A stretch of 64,000 nucleotides of DNA from an uncultured virus (IMG/VR IMGVR_UViG_3300017963_004045) (IMGVR_UViG_3300017963_004045); one strand, 5' to 3'; shown: positions 10,398-21,643, counted from the stretch's first letter. Program-made: numbers and translations. The notes: generated by a model not told the origin, from the sequence alone.

Positions 10398-11816
10398 ATG
10401 AAATCGAGCAATTGGTTTGAAGTAGACAAAGCAGGGTTTCAGGCTCTCCAATCTGGAAAGCCAAAATACCACGCTGTAAGGGAACTGATACAGAACGCTC
10501 TTGATGAAGATGTCAAGAGGATTATCGTAACTACGCATTACGACAGAGGCAATCTGGATGTGTGCGTTGAGGACGATGGAGGGGGCTTCAGGGACATTAA
10601 AGACGCATACACCCTGTTCGCTGATACCTATAAGCGTCCAGACGCTACGAAGAGAGGCAGGTTCAATCTTGGTGAGAAACAGGCATTCGCCATATGCAAG
10701 AGTGCCGAAATAAAAACCACATCTGGCACAATCGTCTTTGACGAGAACGGAAGGCACAGGAAAAGGGAAAAGACAGAGAAAGGAACAGTCGTTCAAATCT
10801 TTATGACGAAGGTTACAAGAGAGGAGTATGAGGAAATCTTGGATTTCTTCAAGTTGCTGATTGTCCCACCATCCATTGATTTGGTTATTAACGAAGAGTC
10901 AGCAGTCCAAAGAACGCCCACCCACACCTTCCAAACAAAACTCCAGACAGAATATCTCAAAGACGGGGAGTTCAAGCCCACGAAGAGAATAACGGATGTT
11001 GAACTATTCGATGCAAGAGGTAGAAAAGCCTACCTCTATGAAATGGGCATTCCAGTCTGCGAGATAGATTGCAAATACCATATCAATGTCCAGCAGAGAG
11101 TCCCAATGAGTATGGACAGGGATAAGGTGTCAGAGTCATACCTTCAAGATATTTTCGCAGAGGTATTGAACAACACCTTTGAAGAACTTAACCCAGAGGA
11201 GAGTTCAGAGACTTGGGTAAGAATGGCTACAAGCGATGACAGAATATCAAAAGACGCTATCAAGACGGTTGTTGAGAAGCGTTATGGGGACAAGGTAGTT
11301 GTCGCTACGCCATCAGATAGGCTGAGTGTCGATGACGCAAAGGCACACGGCTTCAATATCCTTCATGGCTCAATGCTCAGTGCTGATGAATGGGAGCAGA
11401 TGAGAAAGCACGATGCAATACAATCATCCCACGATATGTTCGGCAAGACACTGGCTACCGAGACAGATTACATAACCCCGAATCAAGAAATGAAGAGAGT
11501 TGGGCAATTGGCGAAGAAGATTGCCAGACACATCTTCGGCATAGAGATAAGCGTGGTGTTCGTAGACAGCAATGCCAGTCATAGAGCCTACTATGGTGGC
11601 AGACAACTAATATTCAATGTCAGACGGTTGACCCATGACTTCTTCCAACATCCGTTGGATGAAGATGTTCTGGAAATCATAATTCACGAACTGGGGCATG
11701 AGAAAGGTATGCACACAGAGATAGCATACCACCAAGCACTCTGCCAGATAGGGTCAGCACTGATAATGGAAGAGGTCAGGAGAACAGGATTCCTCGATGA
11801 ATTCAAAAACATTTAA
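10398..11816 (+). CDS. GHKL (HATPase_c) ATPase with C-terminal HExxH motif
   Basis: N box RELIQNALD, G1 box VEDDGGGF, G2 box RGRFNLGEK, G3 box KGTVVQI; C-terminal IIIHELGHE. Confidence 0.85.
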   Translation: MKSSNWFEVDKAGFQALQSGKPKYHAVRELIQNALDEDVKRIIVTTHYDRGNLDVCVEDDGGGFRDIKDAYTLFADTYKRPDATKRGRFNLGEKQAFAICKSAEIKTTSGTIVFDENGRHRKREKTEKGTVVQIFMTKVTREEYEEILDFFKLLIVPPSIDLVINEESAVQRTPTHTFQTKLQTEYLKDGEFKPTKRITDVELFDARGRKAYLYEMGIPVCEIDCKYHINVQQRVPMSMDRDKVSESYLQDIFAEVLNNTFEELNPEESSETWVRMATSDDRISKDAIKTVVEKRYGDKVVVATPSDRLSVDDAKAHGFNILHGSMLSADEWEQMRKHDAIQSSHDMFGKTLATETDYITPNQEMKRVGQLAKKIARHIFGIEISVVFVDSNASHRAYYGGRQLIFNVRRLTHDFFQHPLDEDVLEIIIHELGHEKGMHTEIAYHQALCQIGSALIMEEVRRTGFLDEFKNI

Positions 11817-11850
11817 GGATAAGATAACGATAATGATGTGGGGTGTCAAC

Positions 11851-12648
11851 ATGGCAAAGAAAGAGCAGAAAGTAGAAGTCCCAGACGAAGATGAAATCGA
11901 TGAAGAGGTTCTCGACAAAATGCAGTCTTTAGAATGTCCGAAATGCAAGACTCAACTTGAGGTTGTTATCGAAGAGCCAGACAGGGAGATAAACTCAGAT
12001 GAGGACTTTGTTAGCGAAGCCATTGATTTGGGAACGAGGGCTATGGTGGGTGGTCTAACGGATGTTACTTCAGTCATAGTCATCTACAAAGCAGATGATG
12101 GCATAAGAGCCATACCGATAATGCCCAAGCAATTCGTAAGGGAGACAATCGAAACTATGATGGACTTACTGAGGCACATCCAGAGGCATGGATTACCCAC
12201 AGGGCACGAGAGCATGATGATGAGGGAAATGCCCCGCTATTCACAGTCCGAAATGGACAAGGCGAAGTTCCATGCCGATGTAATCTTCAAAGGTTATATC
12301 AGCAAACTCAATGAGGAACTGGGCATAGAAGAAGTTGTCAGGCAAAGCGTAGAAAGAGAGCCATCAAGAACGGACTATCTGGAACTCGCAGTAAAGCAAA
12401 CAATGGTCAATGTCAGATACTTCGATGAACTCAAACTGGACGGTCAGATTAACGCTGTCCGAGAGAACATCATGTCAGTCCACGAGAAATACAAATGTGA
12501 GTGTGGGCAATGCAATAAGCCACCCACAGACTTCAATCACGATGAAATCAAGGACATGATAAGGACGGTGCAGAGGAAACGGCAGAAGGTAAAGTCGGAA
12601 GAATCCAACACCCGTCATTATGATGAGAGCCTGAGTTACTTCGGTTAA
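11851..12648 (+). CDS. Hypothetical protein with CxxC motifs
   Basis: GGGGTG RBS; CPKC and CECGQC. Confidence 0.7.
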   Translation: MAKKEQKVEVPDEDEIDEEVLDKMQSLECPKCKTQLEVVIEEPDREINSDEDFVSEAIDLGTRAMVGGLTDVTSVIVIYKADDGIRAIPIMPKQFVRETIETMMDLLRHIQRHGLPTGHESMMMREMPRYSQSEMDKAKFHADVIFKGYISKLNEELGIEEVVRQSVEREPSRTDYLELAVKQTMVNVRYFDELKLDGQINAVRENIMSVHEKYKCECGQCNKPPTDFNHDEIKDMIRTVQRKRQKVKSEESNTRHYDESLSYFG

Positions 12649-12656
12649 GATGAATC

Positions 12657-12700
12657 GGGTGTGGTGGTTGTCTCACCTTCCTACCGCACCCACCTTAATT
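12657..12700 (+). terminator. GC-rich hairpin after gene, terminator-like
   Basis: GGGTGTGGTGG pairs with CTACCGCACCC, followed by an AT-rich tract. Confidence 0.45.
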
Positions 12701-12875
12701 TATGAGGGATAGAGATGAGGATGGTAATAAAATTGGATTGTCCACTATGCCCAAAGCAGTATCAGAGTCAGAACAAACTTGAGAAGCATTGTGAGAAGGT
12801 TCATGGAATAACCTATCTGGAAGCCATGAAAAGAAAGCAGAGTTACAACAAACCAACAATAAGGAGGGAATAAAC

Positions 12876-13091
12876 ATGGGTAGGAAGAAACTGAGAAGGT
12901 TCACAGTGAATCTGGACGCAAAGTATTCCTTTGATGTCGAAGTCAAAGCGGAGACCGTTGCAGAGGCGAAGCAGAAGGCGTTGGATAAGTTCCTACGCTC
13001 TCAGGGAAAGAAGAAAAGCAATTGGCGGTATTCGTGGGTCGAAAGAGACAAGGATGGCTATGAGGTTGCATCAGGGGGGAGTGGCTATTAG
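12876..13091 (+). CDS. DpnD/PcfM-like small protein
   Basis: FTVNL...FDVEVKAETVAEAKQKA pattern; similar to the ORF at 28867..29049. Confidence 0.5.
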   Translation: MGRKKLRRFTVNLDAKYSFDVEVKAETVAEAKQKALDKFLRSQGKKKSNWRYSWVERDKDGYEVASGGSGY

Positions 13092-13408
13092 AGAGTGTCC
13101 ATATTGCGAGAGAGAGCATGACGGCTCGATGGAAATCTGTGAGAAGTGCCAACATGAAATCTATGTCAGGATGGAGAAGGGTCAATGGATACTGGTCTTG
13201 GACATACTGGGCAGAGCAGACCACCCAGACTTTCCAAAGTCGAATCTCAACATGAAATTAGTCGAGGAAACTTATGAGGAAGTTGCCCGTCAAGTTATTG
13301 AGGACGACCCCTTAGCAGAAGAGGTGCTCAGGCAGAAAAAGTCCCGATGCCGTGATTCAGAGGAGTCAAACACGGAATAAACTAACGAGTGTTGAAGGAG
13401 AAGATTGA

Positions 13409-13777
13409 ATGGGAAATCTCTACAAGCGAGTGGTCTATGTAGGTATCCAAGTTGAGAGGGAAGAAATCCTGAAGAACTTGGGACTGGCAAGGAAGAATGG
13501 AATCGATGATGGGTTCTATGACTTCACCGAAAAGCACAAACTCTGGCTAAATGCACATGAGGGACTGCTCAGGAAGATTGGGCAAATCAATACTGATGAC
13601 AGTCTTATCTGCATCGGCAAGGTGATAGACGCTTCAGGCGAGTGCGAGATACCTGAAAGGCATCTGGACATAATGGAGAAATTCGAGGAAGCCAAATACG
13701 AAGTCTCCGAGTATCTCAGGAAACTGGGAATCTCAATCGGGGATATTGGAATTCACGCTACAACACACTGCTACTGA
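13409..13777 (+). CDS. Hypothetical protein
   Basis: Between motif copies at 13384 and 13787; GGAG RBS. Confidence 0.7.
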   Translation: MGNLYKRVVYVGIQVEREEILKNLGLARKNGIDDGFYDFTEKHKLWLNAHEGLLRKIGQINTDDSLICIGKVIDASGECEIPERHLDIMEKFEEAKYEVSEYLRKLGISIGDIGIHATTHCY

Positions 13778-14096
13778 GAAGGAACTAACGGGTGTTAGGA
13801 TGAGGAAATTCAGAGGACTTGTATATCCAAAGAGGTGTGGTCGTTGCGAACAATTTCCAAATAATGCTCAGAAGTGCAAGAAGGACACCAAAGGCAGAGG
13901 GAAAGTCTATGCCAACGACTACTGTTGCGATAACTTTAATGAGGTTGAAATACTGATAAATCAGGGGTGATGAAAAATGCAAGAAGTATTGGTGAAGAAA
14001 GTAGTTCCAGAGAACTACGAAGAATGTGGGAATACGAACTGTGAGGACTGCATATTCAATTGCGAGAGCCACGCAGAGAGTATCTGGGCAAGGTAA

Positions 14097-14465
14097 ATGC
14101 AACCAACAGGAGTTGAAACCATGCGAGAGAAGATTGAAGAGGCATTGGAAAGAGCCTGTGGGGGAGACCTGTCAGACGGTCAAATTGAGGCGATAGTCAA
14201 GAACATCGAGCCATTGCTTCGGAAATCCAATATGCACTGGAAAATGGTCAAAGAGAAGGACAAAGAAGGGACTTTTACAGTGAGACCATTCAACTGCATA
14301 GCGTCCAGCAGTGATGGGGAACATATCCATAAGATGAGAGAGGGACTAATATTCCAGATGAAAGACGGCAGGGAGTATTTGGTAACTTGGGGAGAAATCT
14401 TCAAGGACTTGCTGAGTGCTATTGACAAAGATAATGTAGAACTGGCTCTCGAAGAGGAGGATTGA
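14097..14465 (+). CDS. Hypothetical protein
   Basis: ORF; true start probably the ATG at 14121 after the motif variant at 14105. Confidence 0.6.
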   Translation: MQPTGVETMREKIEEALERACGGDLSDGQIEAIVKNIEPLLRKSNMHWKMVKEKDKEGTFTVRPFNCIASSSDGEHIHKMREGLIFQMKDGREYLVTWGEIFKDLLSAIDKDNVELALEEED

Positions 14466-14469
14466 TAAC

Positions 14470-14847
14470 ATGAGCAAGAACAAGAATTTCAAGGACGATA
14501 CGCTGGAGGCAATCCACAACATCATCCATGAGGTAATGGTGGAGCATACTGGGTGGCATGGGAGCAGTTGCAAGACCTGTTCCGAAGTCGTCTATAATCT
14601 GAAGGAACTATTCGACAAGATGGGTTGGGAGAAGCAACCAACACCAGAGGAAAGCGGTCATATCGAGGTTACTGCATGGTTGAACGGTTTCACCATAGAT
14701 GAGGGTGGAGAACGGGAGACCAGAGTGGACATATCTTGGAACTCATCTGGGTTATTCGCCACAGTTGAACACAAGGGCAAGGAAGAGAGATGGCAAATCT
14801 CTTGGCAAAGGCTGTTCCAACAGATGTTGAACTCAATATGGAGTTGA
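14470..14847 (+). CDS. Hypothetical protein
   Basis: GGAGG RBS; tiled with neighbours. Confidence 0.65.
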   Translation: MSKNKNFKDDTLEAIHNIIHEVMVEHTGWHGSSCKTCSEVVYNLKELFDKMGWEKQPTPEESGHIEVTAWLNGFTIDEGGERETRVDISWNSSGLFATVEHKGKEERWQISWQRLFQQMLNSIWS

Positions 14848-14851
14848 ACAC

Positions 14852-15214
14852 ATGACAAAGTTAAGATTACTGAAAAGGCTTAAAGAGGATGAGATACCGC
14901 TTGAGCCATGTGAAAAATGTGGCACACCCCATGCGAAGAGAAATCTGGAAGGGTGTCATAACTGCCAGAAATCCATTACGGAATCGGACATCATCGAATT
15001 CTCGTTCTGTAATGAACCCCACCAGTCCTGCTCCAGAAAGTGCGTTCATGACTTCATAGATATGAGGCTGGACGACCTTCTTGGCGAGGACAGAGACACG
15101 AATATGAGGGAATGTGAGGACTGCGGTAAATCAATGGCAAGGTATACCGACAGGGAATATCGATGCACGAATCACAATTGCGAGTCCTTCGGGAAACCCA
15201 TAAAATTCGGATAA
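14852..15214 (+). CDS. Multi-CxxC zinc-finger protein
   Basis: CEKC, CHNC, CEDC and further Cys. Confidence 0.65.
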   Translation: MTKLRLLKRLKEDEIPLEPCEKCGTPHAKRNLEGCHNCQKSITESDIIEFSFCNEPHQSCSRKCVHDFIDMRLDDLLGEDRDTNMRECEDCGKSMARYTDREYRCTNHNCESFGKPIKFG

Positions 15215-15245
15215 AAACAACGACTGTTAAAAGGAGGAGATAAAC

Positions 15246-15800
15246 ATGAGCAAAGAAACAGTGGCGAATGCACTGGCAGAGTATATCTTTGAAAGGGAGC
15301 AGACGCTGGAAGAGATTGAGGTCGATTACAAAGCACTCAAGAGAAGGAGAACTCAACTCAGGAAAGAAGTGAAACAGGCGAAGTCTGAACTTGAGGCACT
15401 CGGAGTTAAGCCTACCATAGAGCCAAGCGGTAAGGTGGCAACAGAGCCAAGAGAATACCAGACTTCAGGCAAGAAGAAAGAATACCCCAATGGTAATGAG
15501 TCGAAAAGGACAGGCTCAAGAGAGAAGGCTAAGAATTATATTGAGAAATACCTTCCAAATATACCAGAAGGGATGCTAATCAAGGACATTGCCGAAGTAG
15601 AAGATGTTGACCAAGCAAATGTCTGGGAAGCCATCAAGGAACTTCTGGATGAGAAGCCCAACATCTACGAATACTACAAGGACTTGGACACCAAGTTCAA
15701 CTGTCGAGGCATTAGGCTAATCGGGAGTGAGATTGATAGCCGACCAAAGACCGAGATGCGAACCTACAACACGGATGTCGAAGATGAAAGCAAGGAATAA
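15246..15800 (+). CDS. Coiled-coil plus putative HTH protein
   Basis: N-terminal heptad-like region; LIKDIAEVEDVDQANVWEAIKEL is HTH-like; strong GGAGGAG RBS. Confidence 0.6.
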   Translation: MSKETVANALAEYIFEREQTLEEIEVDYKALKRRRTQLRKEVKQAKSELEALGVKPTIEPSGKVATEPREYQTSGKKKEYPNGNESKRTGSREKAKNYIEKYLPNIPEGMLIKDIAEVEDVDQANVWEAIKELLDEKPNIYEYYKDLDTKFNCRGIRLIGSEIDSRPKTEMRTYNTDVEDESKE

Positions 15801-16278
15801 TTCAACACTCGTTGGAGGTGGTTGATTGGGAAAGAAAGAGATATTGACGAGCAAGGAAATAGAGCGTTTACGGAAGTCAAGAAAGGTTCATCTTGGCTAT
15901 ATAGACAACTCCGCAGAACATGGGGTAACTACCCTATGCGGTAACAGGAGAATGAGGTTTGTCGTGGAAGCAAACGAGGTCGATGAAGTAACCTGCATCG
16001 AATGTCGCCAAATACTCATGCAGAAGGTTGCCTGTTGGGATGATGAGGATGTCGGAGATTAAAACTCGGAAAGAACCAACGAATGTTGAAAGAACATTTC
16101 AGGCAATGACCTTACCAAGCGACAGAATAAAGAAATCGCCAAGATTCAGGCAGTGTCCATTCTCAGATGAGGGTTGCATTTGGTGGTGTCATTCCATCAC
16201 AGTGGAAAGAGCCGAAGAGGAACTTACAAAGCATCTTAAAAAGGAGCACAATGTAATTGACATGGAGGTGAAAAAGGC

Positions 16279-17007
16279 ATGAAATTAAACGAGTCTGGCG
16301 GGGATATGTATGAGGATACTTATACAACCAATCCGCTTGGAGGAAGGTGTAAGCACCAGTGCCTCTACTGTTATGTAGAGGATTTAAGGAGATTCCCTCA
16401 CCTGAACGAAAAATACAGTGGTGAAATCAGGCTGATTCCGAAAGTCCTCACTGGCAATACAGGAACAGGCAAGACGATATTCGTATGTTCCTGCAACGAT
16501 ATGTTCCAGAAGGACGCAAAGGAAGAGGACATCATTGCGATACTGGAAGAGTGCAATCGCTATCCAGATAACACCTACATCTTCCAGAGCAAGAACCCTA
16601 TGAAGATGTTGGCTTACATGAACCGCTTCCCGCCCAACAGCATATTCATCACTACAATAGAGACGAACAGACAGGCACTGATTGAGGAACAGAGCAAAGC
16701 CCCCTCAGTAATCGACAGGGCACAAGCATTGAGGGTATTGTCAGACAAGTTCTTAGCCTTTGCACATCAAGAGGGAAAGAACTGGCAGATTTCAATAACG
16801 ATTGAGCCAATCATGGACTATGATGTTGAGGTCTTAGCGAACATCGTGAGGGCGTTGCGTCCCGACTATGTGAGCATAGGTGCGGATAGCAAGGACTCTG
16901 GCTTGACAGAACCGACTGCGGAGAAGGTAAGGCAGTTAATCGGTGCAATAGAAGGTTACACCAGAGTAGTGCAGAAACCCAACCTTAAGAGGCTGATAGA
17001 GGGATAA
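16279..17007 (+). CDS. DUF5131 / phage Gp37-Gp68-type radical-SAM-like protein
   Basis: NPLGGRCKHQCLYCY (CxxxCxxC), IFVCSCNDMF, ITIEPI and VSIGADS motifs. Confidence 0.8.
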   Translation: MKLNESGGDMYEDTYTTNPLGGRCKHQCLYCYVEDLRRFPHLNEKYSGEIRLIPKVLTGNTGTGKTIFVCSCNDMFQKDAKEEDIIAILEECNRYPDNTYIFQSKNPMKMLAYMNRFPPNSIFITTIETNRQALIEEQSKAPSVIDRAQALRVLSDKFLAFAHQEGKNWQISITIEPIMDYDVEVLANIVRALRPDYVSIGADSKDSGLTEPTAEKVRQLIGAIEGYTRVVQKPNLKRLIEG

Positions 17008-17189
17008 GATGTTCAAGGTTACGGGAGCAGTCAATGGTGGAGAACACGATGGCAAGAGATTCGCTCTCCTCAAGGGCTTCAAGCGAAAGTATGAGGCAGA
17101 GGAGTTCATAGCCAGATATAATAAGAAGCAGGGCAGACGATTCAGACAACTTAGGGCTGAGAAAGAGGAATAATCTAACGGGTGTTACT

Positions 17190-18170
17190 ATGCAGAACTG
17201 GGTAGACTGTATAACATTATTGGAAAACATGGTCGAAATTGAGGCAAATAAGGGGGAATATCCAGAGCATTGGGATATACCTAAAGGCACTGAGAAACCA
17301 TACCGTATTCCACACAAGGCAGATGTCAGTCCAGATGGGGTAGGGATGGCATATCAGCACTTGAAGGCGATGAGACTCGCAAGGGTATACGAAATTGATG
17401 GCAGAATGCAAAGGACATTGTGCCTGACACCCAATAGACCAAGACACATCGAATTGCCATTCAGTCATGTGTTCCTGAACCCATCAATCGAGTTCAATGA
17501 CACAATGGTATTGGGGATACTCTTAATCAAGGATGGAAGGGAGGATAAGGGAGATGGAGACATACTAATAACAGTCGTATTGCAGAAGGCACTGGACAAG
17601 CCAAAGGACATCAAACTATCCGAATGGCTGAGGAAAACAAGGAACAGTTATTCAAACATGGTTGAAATAGACTCTTGGGCAATCTGGCTGAACAAGAAAA
17701 ACCCAGAGCACGATAATGAGTTGGACAAATATGTTGGAGGAAATCTATGCAGTATGCTACGAAGAGCGACAATGAACTTCAATGACTTCTTGGAGCACCC
17801 AGAGATAGTGCTGAAGTTTAGAGACCGCACCAAACAGAACGAGAAGAGGGAAAGAAGAGGGAAGAATCCATATCCCGACTCAACACTCATTAAAGTTACA
17901 GGGCAACTAAAGATATATCTGGACAGTATGAAAAACAACGGCAATGGAGACAACATGGGCGGTTGTTGGGAAGTTGCAGGTCATTGGAGAACTTACAGGC
18001 ATCCAAGATACTCAAGGCGAAGGAGAAGTGAAAGACAATTCATTCACCCCTACATAAAAGGGACTGGCGAACCTGAAATAAAGCGGAGAAAGATAGACCA
18101 ATCCAGAAGAGGAAAGGACAATTTGCTCAGAGGAAAAAAGGCTCGTAAGAAGAAACGAGGAAAGAAGTAA
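17190..18170 (+). CDS. Hypothetical viral protein with C-terminal VxGHWR...IxPYxKG motif
   Basis: VAGHWRTY...FIHPYIKG; bounded by motif copies at 17177 and 18169. Confidence 0.7.
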   Translation: MQNWVDCITLLENMVEIEANKGEYPEHWDIPKGTEKPYRIPHKADVSPDGVGMAYQHLKAMRLARVYEIDGRMQRTLCLTPNRPRHIELPFSHVFLNPSIEFNDTMVLGILLIKDGREDKGDGDILITVVLQKALDKPKDIKLSEWLRKTRNSYSNMVEIDSWAIWLNKKNPEHDNELDKYVGGNLCSMLRRATMNFNDFLEHPEIVLKFRDRTKQNEKRERRGKNPYPDSTLIKVTGQLKIYLDSMKNNGNGDNMGGCWEVAGHWRTYRHPRYSRRRRSERQFIHPYIKGTGEPEIKRRKIDQSRRGKDNLLRGKKARKKKRGKK

Positions 18171-18359
18171 CAGGTGTTGAAATGAAAATATTGATAACGG
18201 CTGGAGAGTTGCAGGAAAGAGACAAATGGCTTGAGTTCTGCAACATGAAAGGAGTCAATGTATACGCTCTCAAGGAAGGTCTCATGACGGATGACGAGGA
18301 GTTCACTCTGACAGAGGAAGAGGCGAAGGAACTTGGGTTGATTTACAACGGTGGTTAGA

Positions 18360-18647
18360 ATGAGCGAAAAGATACTTAGCCAATCAGGAAGAGAACTGTC
18401 TCCATTCAGCGTCAAGACAAGGAGAATAAAGAAACAAATTCGTGCTGTGGATGAGTGGCTACTCAAAGAGGCGGTGAAAGAGGCAGATTCAATGGGCGAT
18501 GACCACAACCTTACAATGTTCAAGGGGATTAATACCGAAGTGAAGCACGATGACGGTGGATTCCTCACCATAGCAGAAAGAGATATGCTGAACCTCTACC
18601 TATTTGGACACGAAGATGGGATAGAAATTAGATGGAGTAAACCTTGA
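18360..18647 (+). CDS. Hypothetical protein
   Basis: Between AACGGTGGTT variants at 18347 and 18650. Confidence 0.6.
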   Translation: MSEKILSQSGRELSPFSVKTRRIKKQIRAVDEWLLKEAVKEADSMGDDHNLTMFKGINTEVKHDDGGFLTIAERDMLNLYLFGHEDGIEIRWSKP

Positions 18648-18893
18648 ATAACGGTGGTTGAAATGTATATGAAGATACACATAGAAGGAAATGAGAAAAG
18701 CGTAGGCGAAGCATGGAAGCAGATTATGAAAGCCCTTCGACAGATAGAATTTAACGAAGGTGTCGATATAGAGGCAAAGTCATCACCAGTAGATTTATGG
18801 AGCGAGTGATTTGGGTATGAAATATACTTTCGGTAATCCCATGAACGAACTTAAATAATCAGCAATGAATATCAGTCAATAGGAGGAATTCAA

Positions 18894-19514
18894 ATGATAA
18901 GCGGAAGATTCTCACAATTCTATATAGATGTGGGAGCAATCAGCAAAGAAAAGAAAGCCAAACTGGACGAGATAGGTATGTCTCAAGACTTGGGCTTTGG
19001 CTTGACGAGATACTGGTTCAACTATAACAAGATAGATACTGTCGAAAAGATAATGGAGGACAGGGTAGTAATCGATGTGAAGCACCAGAAGAAGCACATC
19101 GCTGAGGCAATATTCCATGATGAAGGTCTGGGCAAGATTACGATAACTATGGGCGAGGAAGCCGTCAAGATAGACGAATTCATGAAATGGAAATCAATCG
19201 TAGCCAAGATACTGCAAGATGACCCGATGGCAAGGAACAGCGACAAATGGCTCTATATCAAAGTGCTTCAATACATGGGATATGCGGTTCATGGAGACTA
19301 TGAAGCAGTTCTGAGTATGCCAAACTGGGAGACAATATCCAGAGTTAGAAGGAGATTCCAACAGGACGATATGTATCTGCCAGACCCAGACATAGCAGAA
19401 GGTCGTAGACAATGCGAGAAGCAGATGAGAGACATCAACAAGTGGCATCCAAAGGACAATGAAATGAAGGTAGACATGGAAGCCGAGACGAAGGCAATCA
19501 ATAAAATGGAGTAG
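18894..19514 (+). CDS. Hypothetical protein, paralog of 29302..29688 (RNSDK...MP..ETI.R.RR domain)
   Basis: Upstream TATA-like GAACTTAAATA, GGAGG RBS and shared motifs. Confidence 0.75.
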   Translation: MISGRFSQFYIDVGAISKEKKAKLDEIGMSQDLGFGLTRYWFNYNKIDTVEKIMEDRVVIDVKHQKKHIAEAIFHDEGLGKITITMGEEAVKIDEFMKWKSIVAKILQDDPMARNSDKWLYIKVLQYMGYAVHGDYEAVLSMPNWETISRVRRRFQQDDMYLPDPDIAEGRRQCEKQMRDINKWHPKDNEMKVDMEAETKAINKME

Positions 19515-20161
19515 AAAGTAACGGGTGTTATCCAATGATATGCCCTCATCAAGAAGGAAGAGTAGATTGCCAGTATCCAGAGTTAGCGAACTGCTTCGAT
19601 TGTAAGGTTTATTTTGACTTTGCCGAGAAGATGAAGGACAAATATGATGGATGGAAACAGGTATGGCTTAATCTTAGATTCAGGAACATGAAAAAGGGAA
19701 GGGTCAGAAGGATATTCAAGAGAATTCACAACAATAAAATCGAGCCAGACTATTACGGAGAAAGGAGAAGATAACATGGATGATAGATATTACAAAGCAT
19801 TGAAGGAAATCCGAAAGGAACTGGACGGTGTTAAACTATTCAGCCCGAAGGAAGAGCAGAACGCTCAACGAGAGAGTGCCTGTATGGGTATCAACGAGAT
19901 ACTGGAAAGATTCGACCTTTGAGGTGGTCTTATGGGGGATAAAACAGAAGGCAGAGGTCTGGGAGTAATAACGAGAGAGACTGGAACTTCATTGAAAAGC
20001 AAGATAGCCATAACCATAAGAGATGTGGACTCAGGGGTGTTCATAGACATACATTTTGAGCCAGAGGAATTCGCAATGGCATCAACAGGTCAGATGTCCC
20101 CATGTTCATATCGGGTAGTAACGACCAAATGAGGTGAGCCAGATTATTACGAAAAGAGGAG

Positions 20162-20608
20162 ATGATAATTATGACATCGAGATATTGTAGCCAGTTCAGT
20201 GCGATTTGCATGGGTTTGTTCTACGCAGGTAGACCAGACCTTTATCACAAGGATGTGAAGTTCGAGATTCCAGAGCATATCCCAGAGGAGAACAAGCCAC
20301 AGAGCACGAGGCTGAGGAAGGCAGTCGAGAGACAGAACCCACAGCCGAAAGTCAAGAACGAGATACCAGAGGGGTCAGAGCAGATAAAGACACTGGAAGA
20401 ACTTCTGAGGCTGAAAGAGGATGAAATAACACTCGTTGAAGGCGAAGGTGTTGCCCAGTTGGGCGGTAACAAACTACCAGACTGCAAGATGGTAGAGTTC
20501 AAGAACATTGTTGGCAAAACCATAAGGGTAGCGTCTTGCAGGTTCAGGGAGGACGAATGGGACTGTTGGCTGATTGACCCAGATACGGGGATGGGCTGGA
20601 GGTGTTGA
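20162..20608 (+). CDS. Hypothetical protein
   Basis: 148-aa ORF with GAGGAG RBS. Confidence 0.65.
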   Translation: MIIMTSRYCSQFSAICMGLFYAGRPDLYHKDVKFEIPEHIPEENKPQSTRLRKAVERQNPQPKVKNEIPEGSEQIKTLEELLRLKEDEITLVEGEGVAQLGGNKLPDCKMVEFKNIVGKTIRVASCRFREDEWDCWLIDPDTGMGWRC

Positions 20609-20829
20609 GAATGCCAGAAAAGAAAAGAATGTGGAGGGGGCAGGACTTGGATGCAATACCGCCAGAAGAAAGAACCACTCAAGACTATTTCGAGCCAATC
20701 TATGAGGAAAACCCCTGTGAAGCGTGTCAAAGATACAAGGATACCGATGAGGGTAAATTTCCCTGTTCCCATTGCCTACTTCACCCATATGTGAAAGAAG
20801 GTAAGCCATACGAATTATGAGGTAATCCA

Positions 20830-21234
20830 ATGGTGATTAGAGTCCAGATTTCTAAGGTGGATAAGTCATCAAGGGGAAAATTCAAGGTTGTAGTTCCAAA
20901 GAACTGGGACAGACCAAAGCACAAAGGACTTACGATACCGAAGAATGCAATTTATCACACCTATAACGGTCATTTCAGAGGGGACATAAGCATAGATAAC
21001 CATGTCTACTGGGACGCAGAATTGAACATGGTTGCTCAATATCGAGAAGAACAACGGATGTTGGGTTGGTATATGGATGATGTCCCGAAGGGAGTAATCA
21101 CACAGCACAGGAATCATCTCAAGAATTGGATTGAGCAGAAGGAGAAACCACCTGAGCCAGAACCAGAGCCAGAACCTGAGTATCGACCAAGAACAAGATT
21201 AGAGATTGCAAGGAGCAAACTTGTGGGAGCGTGA
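20830..21234 (+). CDS. Hypothetical protein with PE linker and shared C-terminal basic peptide
   Basis: PEPEPEPE followed by RTRLEIARSKLVGA. Confidence 0.7.
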   Translation: MVIRVQISKVDKSSRGKFKVVVPKNWDRPKHKGLTIPKNAIYHTYNGHFRGDISIDNHVYWDAELNMVAQYREEQRMLGWYMDDVPKGVITQHRNHLKNWIEQKEKPPEPEPEPEPEYRPRTRLEIARSKLVGA

Positions 21235-21238
21235 ATCT

Positions 21239-21643
21239 ATGGGAGACCCCCAACCGAGAGACTTGGATTTAACACACTGGCGTTGCCAAAGAACGCTAAG
21301 GTCAATAGCCTGTTTTTCCACATGGAGAGAAGGCGAAAGGCATGAACTTCACAAAGGTTTAAATCTTGTAGGTCATTATGCGTGGCTATACGAGAGGACG
21401 CTGACAGAAGCCATCTTGTTCGACTACGAAAAGAGATATATCGACCAGATGGAAGAACAGGGACTAATAGAGAGAACCACAGAAGCGGGAACTCGCTTCC
21501 TTCGGCTGACGAAGAAGGGATGGCGAATATTCGCTGAAATCCAGATGGAAGGAACAGAGCACTGGGACACCTCAGAGGGCTATTCACCGACCAAGAGGCT
21601 TGATGTCGCCAAGCGTAAGATGAAATTGAACTTGGAGAATTGA
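21239..21643 (+). CDS. Winged-helix-like protein with shared C-terminal basic peptide
   Basis: MEEQGLIER...LRLTKKG wing pattern; ends TKRLDVAKRKMKLNLEN. Confidence 0.6.
   Translation: MGDPQPRDLDLTHWRCQRTLRSIACFSTWREGERHELHKGLNLVGHYAWLYERTLTEAILFDYEKRYIDQMEEQGLIERTTEAGTRFLRLTKKGWRIFAEIQMEGTEHWDTSEGYSPTKRLDVAKRKMKLNLEN

Noticed and set aside
10398..11816. Calling the GHKL ATPase top6B, mutL or htpG
   Set aside because: Only the generic GHKL boxes match; the C-terminus has HExxH and the partner genes are absent
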